A DNA stretch of 64,000 bases from assembly GCA_017416535.1 (NCBI GenBank), contig JAFQCG010000005.1, positions 51,132 to 115,131 on the forward strand, written 5' to 3'. The translations under genes were made by a program, and so were the position numbers. The notes beneath the pieces were generated by a model. That model was not told where the DNA came from. It made no database searches and saw only the letters and a list, made by a program, of their open reading frames with translations. This document shows, in pieces, positions 1 to 9,671 of the stretch. The DNA is from Bacilli bacterium (lineage in GTDB: Bacteria; Bacillota_I; Bacilli_A; RF39; UBA660). The first letter of the stretch is position 1; each line of letters starts with the position of its first letter.

Positions 1-1706
1 TTCTTTTTCTTTTGATCTTTTACAAATTCTTTAATATCAAATGTTTTAACTTCTCTCTTACGGCGTAATGGATATTTTGCATCTGGATAGTTTGCTCCCC
101 AATTTAATTTAAAGTTTGGAGTTAATTTTGTCTTAAATGGTTGTTTTCTTTGTCTAAGTATTACAGTTTCATATAGTTTCATACGTTGTAGGTCTGATAC
201 TGTAACAAGTGGTGTAGAAGCTGTTTTATCATCTTTTTTAGATTTAACTTCTCCACACATTTTAGAAATTTCTTCTAATGCTTTTAATTCTGTTGTAATT
301 AAGTAAATTGTATTACCACAGTTACCTCTAATTGTCTCTGCATCATCTTTTCCATAAACTGAATCAAGTTGAGCAAAGTTTTGAATAATCATTGTAAATC
401 TAATTCTACGAGAACGCGCCGCTGTTATCATTGTTGTCACATCTTTTAATGGTGGCATGTTGGCAAACTCATCTAGAATGAAGTTTGTTCTTACTGGTAA
501 TTTCCCACCATGTTTTTGTGCTGTAGAAATAAGTGTTTCGTAAATTTGTTTTAAAAGAATTGTTACTAATGAATGGTATGTCTTTTTTTCATCTTGAATT
601 ACGATGAATACTGCAGTTGGCTTTTCACCAATGCTTTCTAGATCTACATCACTATATGATAACATTTCACTTAAATTTTCACGGGAAGCGAATAATTTAA
701 CTTTTTGTTTAAATACTGAAAGAATACTTCCTTTTGTTTCAGTTGGTGCCATGATAGTACTTGATGCATTAATTGCTGCTGCACTTGCTTGGTCTTTTGC
801 TGCGAAATATTCTTTGATGTATGTTGAACCACCAAATTTTTCTTCTCCAACTGTTGTTGCTAAGGAAATACTATTAATATTAATTTCTTCTGGTTTAGCA
901 TCTTCAAATAATCCAAGTGCTACTCCTGAGAAGTAGTCAGCTGAAGTTTTTTCCCAGAATGGGTCAGCGTTTTTATTTGAATCATCATATAAGATGTTAA
1001 GTGCTAAGTCATCTAATAACTCGATTGCTTTATCTTGATTACCTGTTTTATACATTTTATATGGTAATGCTAATGGATTCCATGCATTACCGTTTTGAGG
1101 ATCACGAAAGTTTAGTAGTAATATTTGATATCCTCTCTTACGTAACATTAAAGATGTCTTTTCATAGATTTCACCTTTAGGGTCTGTAATAATCATTGAC
1201 TCTCTTGCTTTTGCAAGACTGTGTACTTGTGGGAATACGAAACCTTGTGTTTTACCTGAACCAGTAGCTCCGATAATTAGTGAGTGGTATTCTCCATCAT
1301 CTACCCACATTTCTTTTTCATTAACAATAATTGGAATTCCTGCGGCTTTTGAGTTTCTTTGTTGAATTTCTACTCTCTTTAATTCTTCTTTTATTTCTTT
1401 ATCTTTTGCCCATCTAGAATATCCTTTATCTTTTTTATCTGTAGTTATACCAAATCCTTTTTCTCTTTCAAAGAAGTAAGAACTAACACTAATAAATAGT
1501 CCTCCTAATGTTAAAAAGTAGAACACAAGTGTTGTTGTTATATGTTCTGCACTAAATGCTGGAAATGGATTAAATCCTGCTAATGTTCCATCTGATGCAA
1601 ATGATGATAAGTTAACTACTCCAATTGCAATAATATATAGTAATGCTACTGCAAATGCTAAAAATATTAACCAATCTTCTGGGTCTGCACGGAATTTAAA
1701 TTTCAT
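1..1706 (-). CDS. Type IV secretion coupling protein, VirD4/TraG family. The C-terminal end runs off the left window edge.
   Basis: Not in the ORF track because the frame is open to position 1. My translation from ATG at 1704-1706 (SD gaaaggaag upstream) gives MKFKFRADPEDWLIFLAFAV... with two N-terminal TM helices. It carries Walker A IIGATGSGKTQ, an ITDPKGE motif and Walker B-like ILDEFANMPP. Frame checked to nt 51-68 with no stop. Confidence 0.85.
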   Translation of the reverse strand, partial: MKFKFRADPEDWLIFLAFAVALLYIIAIGVVNLSSFASDGTLAGFNPFPAFSAEHITTTLVFYFLTLGGLFISVSSYFFEREKGFGITTDKKDKGYSRWAKDKEIKEELKRVEIQQRNSKAAGIPIIVNEKEMWVDDGEYHSLIIGATGSGKTQGFVFPQVHSLAKARESMIITDPKGEIYEKTSLMLRKRGYQILLLNFRDPQNGNAWNPLALPYKMYKTGNQDKAIELLDDLALNILYDDSNKNADPFWEKTSADYFSGVALGLFEDAKPEEININSISLATTVGEEKFGGSTYIKEYFAAKDQASAAAINASSTIMAPTETKGSILSVFKQKVKLFASRENLSEMLSYSDVDLESIGEKPTAVFIVIQDEKKTYHSLVTILLKQIYETLISTAQKHGGKLPVRTNFILDEFANMPPLKDVTTMITAARSRRIRFTMIIQNFAQLDSVYGKDDAETIRGNCGNTIYLITTELKALEEISKMCGEVKSKKDDKTASTPLVTVSDLQRMKLYETVILRQRKQPFKTKLTPNFKLNWGANYPDAKYPLRRKREVKTFDIKEFVKDQKKK

Positions 1707-1767
1707 ATTACTACTTCCTTTCTTTTTTCCTTACTATTATAACTTATGATCTTAAAACTGTCATTAA

Positions 1768-2550
1768 TTATTGATTAGAAATTATTATTTTAAACTCATT
1801 ATCTGTTAGTTTATATAACATATCTACTGGTTTATCTGTACTGTATTTTCCACAACTTACAACCATTTCATAAATATTGTCTTTATCAATGTCTAATACT
1901 GCACTTAAATATGGCTTACAACCATTATTTGTCATATTAGGTGCAATGTCTGTATACATTGGATATATCTTACTATTTTTTACCATAAATACAAATGAAA
2001 ATATTTTACTTGGATTATAATCTAATGAAAATGCATTACTTATAAAATAGAATGTTTCATTTTGACCATCATTGTCTATATCTATACTTGTTTCTGATGC
2101 TACTGTATATTTTGATGATGTACTTAAATTATTTTTTTCTAACATTTTTTCTACATGATAATAATTTCTTATATTTTTTGTAGAAAAGTTTTTTACTTTA
2201 ACATCATAATTTGCATCATATGCTAGAATATTTCCATCTGTTGTTACAGCTTTTTTATTTTTATCAAATACATACCATTTATTATCATTTTTCCATAAAT
2301 AATATTTTCCAAATGCTTTATTATCTAGATAAACTTTATATTGTTTCCAATTAAGAGATGCGATAGTTGAACTATTTGTTACATTTGTCCAATTATCGTT
2401 TTCTAATGTCCAAATTGTTTCATCTCCAACAATAAGTGTTAATTTATCTTTACTTGGAATAAGTAAATCTTTTCCTAATACTAAAAGCATTATTACTACA
2501 TAAACACCAAGTGCTGCTAATATCACAATATATCTTTTTTTCTTTTTCAT
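1768..2550 (-). CDS. Membrane-anchored hypothetical protein. It occupies the position of a VirB8/TcpC-like accessory protein, but this is not demonstrable here.
   Basis: N-terminal KKKKR plus TM helix. Extracellular part has two DxDxDG-like motifs (DIDNDGQ, DIDKDN). Sits 5 nt from the upstream hydrolase gene. Confidence 0.5.
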   Translation of the reverse strand: MKKKKRYIVILAALGVYVVIMLLVLGKDLLIPSKDKLTLIVGDETIWTLENDNWTNVTNSSTIASLNWKQYKVYLDNKAFGKYYLWKNDNKWYVFDKNKKAVTTDGNILAYDANYDVKVKNFSTKNIRNYYHVEKMLEKNNLSTSSKYTVASETSIDIDNDGQNETFYFISNAFSLDYNPSKIFSFVFMVKNSKIYPMYTDIAPNMTNNGCKPYLSAVLDIDKDNIYEMVVSCGKYSTDKPVDMLYKLTDNEFKIIISNQ

Positions 2551-2554
2551 CTAA

Positions 2555-4873
2555 TTACCCCGCTTTGAAATATGCAAAAGTACTTGTATTTCTCCAGTTA
2601 TATTGAGCCCACATATCTGTACTACTACTTCCTGGGTCCATCATTACAATTGTCTCTCCGGCTATTGCATCTACTGCAACCCAGTGTTGTCCTGTGTTAC
2701 CTTTAACTTCAGCAACTACGTAGTATCCTTTACTCATTAATTCTGATAAAACTTTTAATTTTTGATTTTTTGAATATCCAGAGACATATGCTCTATCAAC
2801 AAACTGGAATGATGGAGCAACTTTTGCAACTGATGCCCATACAAAGTTTCCTCCAGCTACAAAACCACCATGTGAATTTAAGTATTCAACAAATGTTCCT
2901 GGATTGAATTCATTTAAAACTGTTGGTACACCACTCTTTGCTACAAGCATTGAGATTGATGTAACTAAACATCCAATTTGTCTAATATTTTTTCCGCTGT
3001 TACCCATTGGGATATTTGTCCATGGTCCTTCATATTGTTTCCAACTTGCATATGGACCTGTTGATGTAACTCCACAACTTGTAGAACCTGATGTGTTACA
3101 TGCCATTTTTTGAATATCTGATGCATGATAATTTCTATCACCAGAGTTATATACTTGTAATAAAATTTGTTTATAATTCATTCCTTGACTTGCTAAGTTT
3201 GAGAATTGTTTTTGTTCTGTCGATAAGTATCCTGCTGATACTATATATCCTTGATCATTTACTAGTACTTCTCCTGCTGTTGCTGCCATTGCTGTTCTAA
3301 TTTGGTGCTCCATAGCAAGAGCATCTCTTGTACGTATTGCACCTGGTACTTTTCCACTGCGGCAGATTCCTCCTTGGCCATCTCCGCCTCCCATGTATGA
3401 ACATCCTTCATTTATGTTACAAAATACTTGGTCTGCCACACATGATGTAATTTGTAGAACCCATTGTCCATTTTCTTCTTCTAGTTTTTTACCTAGAGAG
3501 TCTCCCATGGCCGTTGGTCTTGCTAAAGCATAACTTCTTGCAGCTACCATTTGAGCTTTTATTGCTTCAATGTGTGCTGATGGACCAATTTCGGCATAGG
3601 CAACTCCTGCAACGTATTCCTCAAATGCAACCATATCTTGATCAATTGGTTTACCATAAGTTCCATTTCCATATGGACTTCCACATTCCATTAATCTAAC
3701 CATTAAGTTAGAAATCTTCATCGGTTTTGAAACGTTTCCTGCACTTGGTAAATAGAATCCTTTTATATCATAATTACAAGAACCAGCTGAGGCACATGCA
3801 AAGCCATCGCTACCTATAAAACTATAATATCTTTCAATATAATCAAATACATCTTCGGCGTACTTTTCTCTTCTACTTAATGAATCTTCTGGAAAGTATT
3901 GGTAGAAAATGTCATTTGCAAGATTATATTTAAATGTATCTTCATCATAGACATTACCATTAAACATTGCGTTTGCAATATCATAAATTCTAGGTGTTGT
4001 CATATAATCATAATCATATTCGTTATTGTTAACATTTAATACATGGTATACAGCTGCGATTTTTAAAGCATCTACACTTTTTCCGCTCATTTGCATTGAT
4101 AATTTTACTGTATTTATTCTATTATAAAAATCTTTTGCTTCTGGATCTGATACAGTAAATACTATGTTTCCAGTATCACCACCTGATGCATCACTTGCAC
4201 CTAAGGCATCATTAAAATCTCCTACTCCTCCACCTACTGCACCAAATATTGCTAGGAACAATAGGATGATTCCTGCTAAAGGAGCTACGAAGATCATGAC
4301 AGCAGTCATTTCTTTTTTTCCAGTGAATTGGAACATTGTATCCATTGGGTCTCCCTCTTCACCAGAATCTTCTCCCTCATCTAAAAAACTTGGAGGTTTA
4401 CTGCCTCCAAATCCACCAAGTCCGCCACCTTTTGACGGTGATGATGAATTTGAAGTCGAAGATGCATTATCTACTTTATCTGCTGCTGATGCAGCATCTC
4501 CTGCTTTTGAAGCAGCATCTGCGCCTCCAGATCCACCATTACTCATTCCGTTTTTTATGGCTGCTGCTTGTCCTACTTTATCACTTGCTCCACTCTCACT
4601 CATTTTATTAAGTGAATCTTGGATTTTGTCTCCCCCTGGTGTTTGTTTATTTGCTTGATTGATTGCTTTTCCAAGCATTTGTGTACTTTTTCCACCAGTT
4701 AGTTTGTCTGCTGCTTTTACTGCAGCTCCTGCAGCCATTGCATAGGGGTTACCGGAAGCCATGGCTACTTCAGCTGCATTTTTTACGTTGTTAGCATTAT
4801 TTTGTATATTACGTTCGTCTTGCGACATTTGATTTTCTCGTTGGTCGCCTTCGCGTTTAGCTTCGTATGCCAT
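2555..4873 (-). CDS. T4SS-associated peptidoglycan hydrolase (VirB1 analogue). Layout: disordered G/A/S-rich N-terminus, TM helix, SpoIID-like domain, C-terminal papain-fold (CHAP/C39/NlpC-like) cysteine peptidase.
   Basis: SpoIID-type motif IKAQMVAARSYALARP. C-terminal Cys/His/Asp candidates IGCLVTSISM, GQHWVAVDA, MMDPG. TM helix MTAVMIFVAPLAGIILLFLAIFGAV. Located between VirB4 and VirD4, as in Gram-positive conjugation loci. Confidence 0.7.
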   Translation of the reverse strand: MAYEAKREGDQRENQMSQDERNIQNNANNVKNAAEVAMASGNPYAMAAGAAVKAADKLTGGKSTQMLGKAINQANKQTPGGDKIQDSLNKMSESGASDKVGQAAAIKNGMSNGGSGGADAASKAGDAASAADKVDNASSTSNSSSPSKGGGLGGFGGSKPPSFLDEGEDSGEEGDPMDTMFQFTGKKEMTAVMIFVAPLAGIILLFLAIFGAVGGGVGDFNDALGASDASGGDTGNIVFTVSDPEAKDFYNRINTVKLSMQMSGKSVDALKIAAVYHVLNVNNNEYDYDYMTTPRIYDIANAMFNGNVYDEDTFKYNLANDIFYQYFPEDSLSRREKYAEDVFDYIERYYSFIGSDGFACASAGSCNYDIKGFYLPSAGNVSKPMKISNLMVRLMECGSPYGNGTYGKPIDQDMVAFEEYVAGVAYAEIGPSAHIEAIKAQMVAARSYALARPTAMGDSLGKKLEEENGQWVLQITSCVADQVFCNINEGCSYMGGGDGQGGICRSGKVPGAIRTRDALAMEHQIRTAMAATAGEVLVNDQGYIVSAGYLSTEQKQFSNLASQGMNYKQILLQVYNSGDRNYHASDIQKMACNTSGSTSCGVTSTGPYASWKQYEGPWTNIPMGNSGKNIRQIGCLVTSISMLVAKSGVPTVLNEFNPGTFVEYLNSHGGFVAGGNFVWASVAKVAPSFQFVDRAYVSGYSKNQKLKVLSELMSKGYYVVAEVKGNTGQHWVAVDAIAGETIVMMDPGSSSTDMWAQYNWRNTSTFAYFKAG

Positions 4874-4905
4874 GCTTCCACCACCTTACTACTTATATTT
4901 TAGTT

Positions 4906-6696
4906 TTAGAATCCTCCGCCTGTACCGAATGAATCTAATTCTTCTTTTGTTACTACTACGTTAATTCTCATTCTTCTGCTTCCACATACGAATAATGCTT
5001 CACCTTGAGAATAACGTTTAATACTTTCTTTTTCATTTTCATTTAAATCGATTAATCGAGATAAATCTTCAACAGCTTGTTTCTTTAATCCCATTACTAA
5101 ATAGTAAGAAGCATTATCGAATATAGCTTTACCATCAGTAATTACTGCTTCATCAGCAAAATCACTTGGTTGTTGTGTAATGATAATTGTTCCTGTGTTA
5201 TATTTACGAGCACGTCTTTGTACTTGAGCTAAGAATTCTGAACCTTGTTGGTTTCTACTACTCATTAATACATGGGCTTCATCTACTAACATTACTGTAT
5301 CTACACTTGGATCTAAGCACATTCCCCAAGCATATTTTAATACGTTGAATAATAAGGCATTTCTGATGTTTGCATCACTATTCATTAATTCTTTTATGTT
5401 AAATACCATAAAGTCACTATTTCTTCTTAACGTTGTATGTCCATCGAAATAGAATCTTAATTCTTTAACTATTGGTCTAATTTCTAATTCTAGTCTTTCC
5501 ATGATATCTCTTTCTTTAGTTTGATCAGTCATAGAAAGTAATCTTCCTTTTATTGTTGCATAAACATCTGAGAAGATTGGAAAATCTTTTGATGTGAAGT
5601 TTGAGAAATCTGTTTCAAAATCAATTCCAAAGCGCTTATATGTATCTTGAACTACGTCACTAAACATGGCTAAAACATCTTGAGCAATTGAAGGATTATA
5701 GTATTTCATAAATCCTTTTAGGAAATTCAATGTTCTATTTAATACTGTATAGCCCATTCCTTGTTTAATTTCTTCTTCATCTGCATCAAAGATAACTTCA
5801 AGTGGATTTATAAGACCAAATTCTCCACCTTTTCCAATATCTATTGTATCTCCACCAAAAGCTTTAGTTATTTCTCTAAATTCATCTTCTGGGTCGATTA
5901 TAACTATTTGACATCCATTTCTGATATGTGTTCTTAATAATAATTTTGCTGCTGTTGATTTTCCTGAACCAGAAGTTCCTAGGATAATCATATTAGCATT
6001 ATTTCTATTATGTTCTTTTCTTATTTTATATAAGAATTGGTTAAATAGAATAACTCCTCCAGAAAAATCAACTCCAAGTAATGTTGATAGTCCTGGGTCT
6101 TTAATACTATCAAAGATAAATGGATACATTGCAGCTACTGTTACTGATGGAATTGGTGTTCCAATTCTTTGTTCAATATCTTGAGCAGGGAAAATTGGTA
6201 ACATTGATTTCAATACTTTTTCTTGTTCAAAACGTAGTGAAATTGCTTTTAATTCCATAGCATCTAAGTAGTTTTTAACGTTCATTTTCTTTAATTCTAA
6301 TTCTTCTTTTGTATTTGCTGCAATCATGATATGCATTTGAAAGTCGAAGTTTCTTGCTTGGCTTCCTGCAATCATTGATGTAAAGTATTCCAAACTTTCC
6401 GCATCTTGTCTTAATCTTTCACGAATAGTTTGGTCTCTTTCATTACGATATTTTTCTTTTAAATCTGCAACTTCTTTATTTAACATCTTAACCATATCTT
6501 GATATGGTACTGGGATGTGTTTTACAACGATTTTTATTCCAGCCATATTTGTTAATGATGATAAATAACCAGGTGTAATATATTTTGGAAATGACACAAC
6601 TGTAAGAATTGTTGCATATTTATCACTTATGAAAAACTCACTTGGTGAGAAATGTAGCCCTTTTGGAGCTAATTGACTTCTTAATCCTGTACTCAT
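4906..6696 (-). CDS. VirB4-family T4SS ATPase, ATPase portion
   Basis: Walker A MIILGTSGSGKST, Walker B VMLVDEAHVLM, and a TIIITQQPSDF motif. ATG overlaps the stop of the upstream ORF in an ATGA arrangement. Confidence 0.85.
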   Translation of the reverse strand: MSTGLRSQLAPKGLHFSPSEFFISDKYATILTVVSFPKYITPGYLSSLTNMAGIKIVVKHIPVPYQDMVKMLNKEVADLKEKYRNERDQTIRERLRQDAESLEYFTSMIAGSQARNFDFQMHIMIAANTKEELELKKMNVKNYLDAMELKAISLRFEQEKVLKSMLPIFPAQDIEQRIGTPIPSVTVAAMYPFIFDSIKDPGLSTLLGVDFSGGVILFNQFLYKIRKEHNRNNANMIILGTSGSGKSTAAKLLLRTHIRNGCQIVIIDPEDEFREITKAFGGDTIDIGKGGEFGLINPLEVIFDADEEEIKQGMGYTVLNRTLNFLKGFMKYYNPSIAQDVLAMFSDVVQDTYKRFGIDFETDFSNFTSKDFPIFSDVYATIKGRLLSMTDQTKERDIMERLELEIRPIVKELRFYFDGHTTLRRNSDFMVFNIKELMNSDANIRNALLFNVLKYAWGMCLDPSVDTVMLVDEAHVLMSSRNQQGSEFLAQVQRRARKYNTGTIIITQQPSDFADEAVITDGKAIFDNASYYLVMGLKKQAVEDLSRLIDLNENEKESIKRYSQGEALFVCGSRRMRINVVVTKEELDSFGTGGGF

Positions 6697-7253
6697 ACTG
6701 GCATCACCACCCCAAACTCTGTTGTACTTCCACCATTTAAGAAATTATCAAGTACTATTCTTAAATCTGAGTTGCTTGCTTGTGCTGCTACCATTCCACA
6801 TGATGCAAGTCCATTAATTATCATTCTTACTCTTTTTGCTAAAACATCTGGATCTTTTGATTTAAATAAGAAATAGTATTCTGTATCTACGATATTGTTG
6901 TTAATGAATGTTTGCCCCTTATCAATATCTTGCATAATTAACTTTCTAATTGCTGGTGTATGTGCTTCATTATAAAGTAATTGCATTTGTGATAAGTAAA
7001 CTGAAATATCTACTGGTCTATCTGCAACTACTAACCAGAATTCAAAATCAATTGTATTATAAAAATTTTTTAAACTTATTAACATATTATCTTGAGCTAT
7101 TGGATCTAAGATAAATATATTTTTAGGAGATATTTTTACTCCTGTTACTTTGTAATTGTCACGAGTAATAATCATATTATTTTGAATACCACGAACTGGT
7201 AACCAATCTTCTGTATAACCACTACTTACGTTTTTGGATGACTTTGTCGCCAC
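6693..7253 (-). CDS. Separate ORF resembling the N-terminal domain of Gram-positive VirB4 proteins (Tn916 Orf16 / TcpF type)
   Basis: WLPVRGIQNNMIITRDNYKVTGVKISPKNIFIL resembles the N-terminal signature of long monoderm VirB4s. 186 aa plus 596 aa equals about the length of a full VirB4. Translationally coupled by an ATGA overlap at 6693-6696. Confidence 0.55.
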   Translation of the reverse strand: MATKSSKNVSSGYTEDWLPVRGIQNNMIITRDNYKVTGVKISPKNIFILDPIAQDNMLISLKNFYNTIDFEFWLVVADRPVDISVYLSQMQLLYNEAHTPAIRKLIMQDIDKGQTFINNNIVDTEYYFLFKSKDPDVLAKRVRMIINGLASCGMVAAQASNSDLRIVLDNFLNGGSTTEFGVVMPV

Positions 7254-7548
7254 TTCTAAAACACCAACCTTTCCATCTATATGTCTGCCTATTTGTTAAA
7301 AACTCATACATTTCAATTAGGATATTTAGTATGTTGTGATAATAAGGCACAGGTAATACTAAGAAACCAGTAACAAGCGCTGGGCTCAACACAAGTATTG
7401 TTACAAATGTTGAGCTTAGCGGCATAAATGCTAAAAATGTAAATGTAATTAATATACCTGTTCCAAATAACACTAAATCAAAAGGCTTAAACATTCCTAA
7501 TATTAATTTCCCTCTTTTCGTATTTGCAGGAATTAAATAGTTACGCAC
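7222..7548 (-). CDS. VirB3/PrgI-like small membrane protein
   Basis: 108 aa with two TM helices after a basic N-terminus (RGKLILGMFKPFDLVLFGTGILITFTFLAF). Sits immediately upstream of VirB4. GTG start. 32-nt overlap with the next ORF. Confidence 0.5.
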   Translation of the reverse strand: MRNYLIPANTKRGKLILGMFKPFDLVLFGTGILITFTFLAFMPLSSTFVTILVLSPALVTGFLVLPVPYYHNILNILIEMYEFLTNRQTYRWKGWCFRSGDKVIQKRK

Positions 7549-7571
7549 TATGTATCACACTCCTTTTAATC

Positions 7572-9644
7572 TTATGGTCTAGGACCTCCAGGTCCTCCAC
7601 CAGCACCATGACCAGAACTTCCAATTGTTGAATCGTCTGTTGTACCAGAGAAATCTTTAAGATCTCTTTTGTGACCAGATACTTCATCCAAGATATCTTG
7701 ATCTCTATTTCCGGTTGCCTTTGTAATATTACCAGCATCGCTATCTGGTAAATGAGCATAATCAATTCCACCAATTGGAGAATTTTTAGAATCTTCATTT
7801 GTTGTAATAGGCGAACGATATGTTCCTTCTCTTATTACATAGTCATTATCATCATAATCTTCACCATTAAGTCTATATGCAAGTGTATTTTGATGTCTAC
7901 GTTTATCACTTACACGTGGACCAACTCCGAAGTTACCACGGTCTTTATCCATTTCGTCATATTTCTTCTTAGCCTTTGCAGCAGCAATTTGATAAGCATC
8001 GTATTGTCTGTATGCTTTTTCGTATCTTTCTCTTGCAGCAGTTCTCTCCGCGGCTGTTGCTGTTGGAGATAAATTGTTGTATTCCATTGTTGCTGCATCT
8101 AGTTCTCGTTTTGCAGTGGCAGCTTGTGCTTCTCTGACGTCACTAATGTATTTTGCATCTGCGATAGCTTCTCTTCCAATACCTAACATATTTGCACGAC
8201 GTTCACGTGTATCAAAATTAAGTCTATCTTGCATTGCACCAAATACTCCACCTTTGGCATCCTTATCACCTGTTCTAATTTTAGCCATAAGGTCACTGTT
8301 TTGACTCCATACAGAACCAAGTGGAACTGCTTTTCCTTGATTGTACCCTTGAGTAGCGGCTTCTGTTCCTTGCATTGCTCCAAGAGCAAATCCTTTCATA
8401 CCTCCACCACCAACGGCCATTGCTGTACCACCAAGTAGTCCAGCAAGTCCAACATTTGATGATGCTCCTTTAATTCCAAGAATGTCTTTAATAAATTTAG
8501 GAGCTTGTTTAACGAAGAAGAATAATCCAATCCAAATAAAGATTGCTGAAATTACTCCAATTATACCTGTTCCTGTATTTATAACTAACCCATTAACAAT
8601 CATGTCTTGGATTAAGAATATTACGAAATATATTACTGCTAAGTGCATAAACAACTCTAAGTATGTAGAAGTTAAGGATTTTACCCATGCACTAAATGCT
8701 CCATCTTTTTCTGATTTAGGATCAATATAACTAATAATTGGTATTGGTGCTAAAAGTCTTAATACCGCTAGTTTTATTGAACGAATTGCGATAGTAATTA
8801 TTTCTCCTAGTAAGATGTAAATAAATACTGCCCCTACTATTGTTGAAATAATTGGTATATATGCAAATACATATCTATCTCCACTAAATAATCTTTTGAA
8901 GAATCCTGCCATTTTTTCAAAGAATCCTTCATTTTGTCCTTCACAACTTGCATTTACTAATGAAAGAATTTGATTAGGACTTGCTTCTAAAGATGAATAA
9001 GCATCTAAAACATCTTGATCAATATAACTACATACACGGTCTTCTGGTTTTGTTTCATCAGTTCCTGTATCTTTTAAGTTAATTCGAACAAATCCCTTTA
9101 AGATGGTTGATGTAAACATATTTGCTGATTTTTTCAATTTTTCTTGTTGTGTTGTTGCCGTATTACCGGATGATGTTCCATCGTTAGTTCCCAGAATCAA
9201 TCTACCTAATGTGTTATTTTCTAAAATTCTATCTTGTAACTCATATAATGTTCCAAATAACAAACCGTTATTATTAAGATTAATTTCATAATCTGTTCTT
9301 GCTCCTGGAATATTAATTGGTGTTAATACTGTTAACATAATTAAAGCAAAAACTATTCTTCCTATTATGCTAGAAAAACCTGATTTCTTATCTGTAAAAG
9401 TATCAGGGTTTATAATTCCTTGAATAATTGATACTGCAAGTTTAAATATCATGAATACACCAATGATCATTTGTACACGACCATAGAACTTTTGAACAGT
9501 TTCATTAGCAAAAATATCTGCACTTGCTACGTTAAACAAGATTTCATACATGATTCCAAGTAACCAATATGTTGCTCTATCTAATAATGCAAACAGACTT
9601 CGGAATATGTCGTTTATCGTGTTGGCTGTCATATAATCTGTCAT
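7572..9644 (-). CDS. VirB6/TrbL-like polytopic T4SS membrane protein with a long cytoplasmic C-terminal tail
   Basis: Multiple TM helices in the first ~400 aa. Then a ~290-aa charged, coiled-coil-like tail ending GSSGHGAGGGPGGPRP. Position between the pilin-like genes and VirB3/VirB4. Confidence 0.6.
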   Translation of the reverse strand: MTDYMTANTINDIFRSLFALLDRATYWLLGIMYEILFNVASADIFANETVQKFYGRVQMIIGVFMIFKLAVSIIQGIINPDTFTDKKSGFSSIIGRIVFALIMLTVLTPINIPGARTDYEINLNNNGLLFGTLYELQDRILENNTLGRLILGTNDGTSSGNTATTQQEKLKKSANMFTSTILKGFVRINLKDTGTDETKPEDRVCSYIDQDVLDAYSSLEASPNQILSLVNASCEGQNEGFFEKMAGFFKRLFSGDRYVFAYIPIISTIVGAVFIYILLGEIITIAIRSIKLAVLRLLAPIPIISYIDPKSEKDGAFSAWVKSLTSTYLELFMHLAVIYFVIFLIQDMIVNGLVINTGTGIIGVISAIFIWIGLFFFVKQAPKFIKDILGIKGASSNVGLAGLLGGTAMAVGGGGMKGFALGAMQGTEAATQGYNQGKAVPLGSVWSQNSDLMAKIRTGDKDAKGGVFGAMQDRLNFDTRERRANMLGIGREAIADAKYISDVREAQAATAKRELDAATMEYNNLSPTATAAERTAARERYEKAYRQYDAYQIAAAKAKKKYDEMDKDRGNFGVGPRVSDKRRHQNTLAYRLNGEDYDDNDYVIREGTYRSPITTNEDSKNSPIGGIDYAHLPDSDAGNITKATGNRDQDILDEVSGHKRDLKDFSGTTDDSTIGSSGHGAGGGPGGPRP

Positions 9645-9671
9645 TTATAATCACCTCTTTTTTTGCTCTAA

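Noticed and set aside
604-936. Plus-strand 110-aa ORF from the track
   Set aside because: It lies antisense inside the VirD4/TraG coding frame, which has clear Walker motifs on the minus strand. It has no SD and is a low-complexity hydrophobic translation.
4164-4658. Plus-strand 164-aa Pro/Ser-rich ORF, plus the overlapping 91-aa ORF
   Set aside because: It is the mirror image of the Gly/Ala/Ser-rich N-terminus of the hydrolase gene on the minus strand. Antisense translation of GGN/GCN-rich codons gives Pro/Ala runs.
7541-7798. 85-aa minus-strand ORF overlapping the end of the VirB6-like gene. The same applies to the many 60-115-aa ORFs inside 17469-20375 and 7572-9644.
   Set aside because: These are alternative-frame ORFs inside long, well-supported genes. 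Stop-poor frames in this AT-rich sequence generate them by chance.
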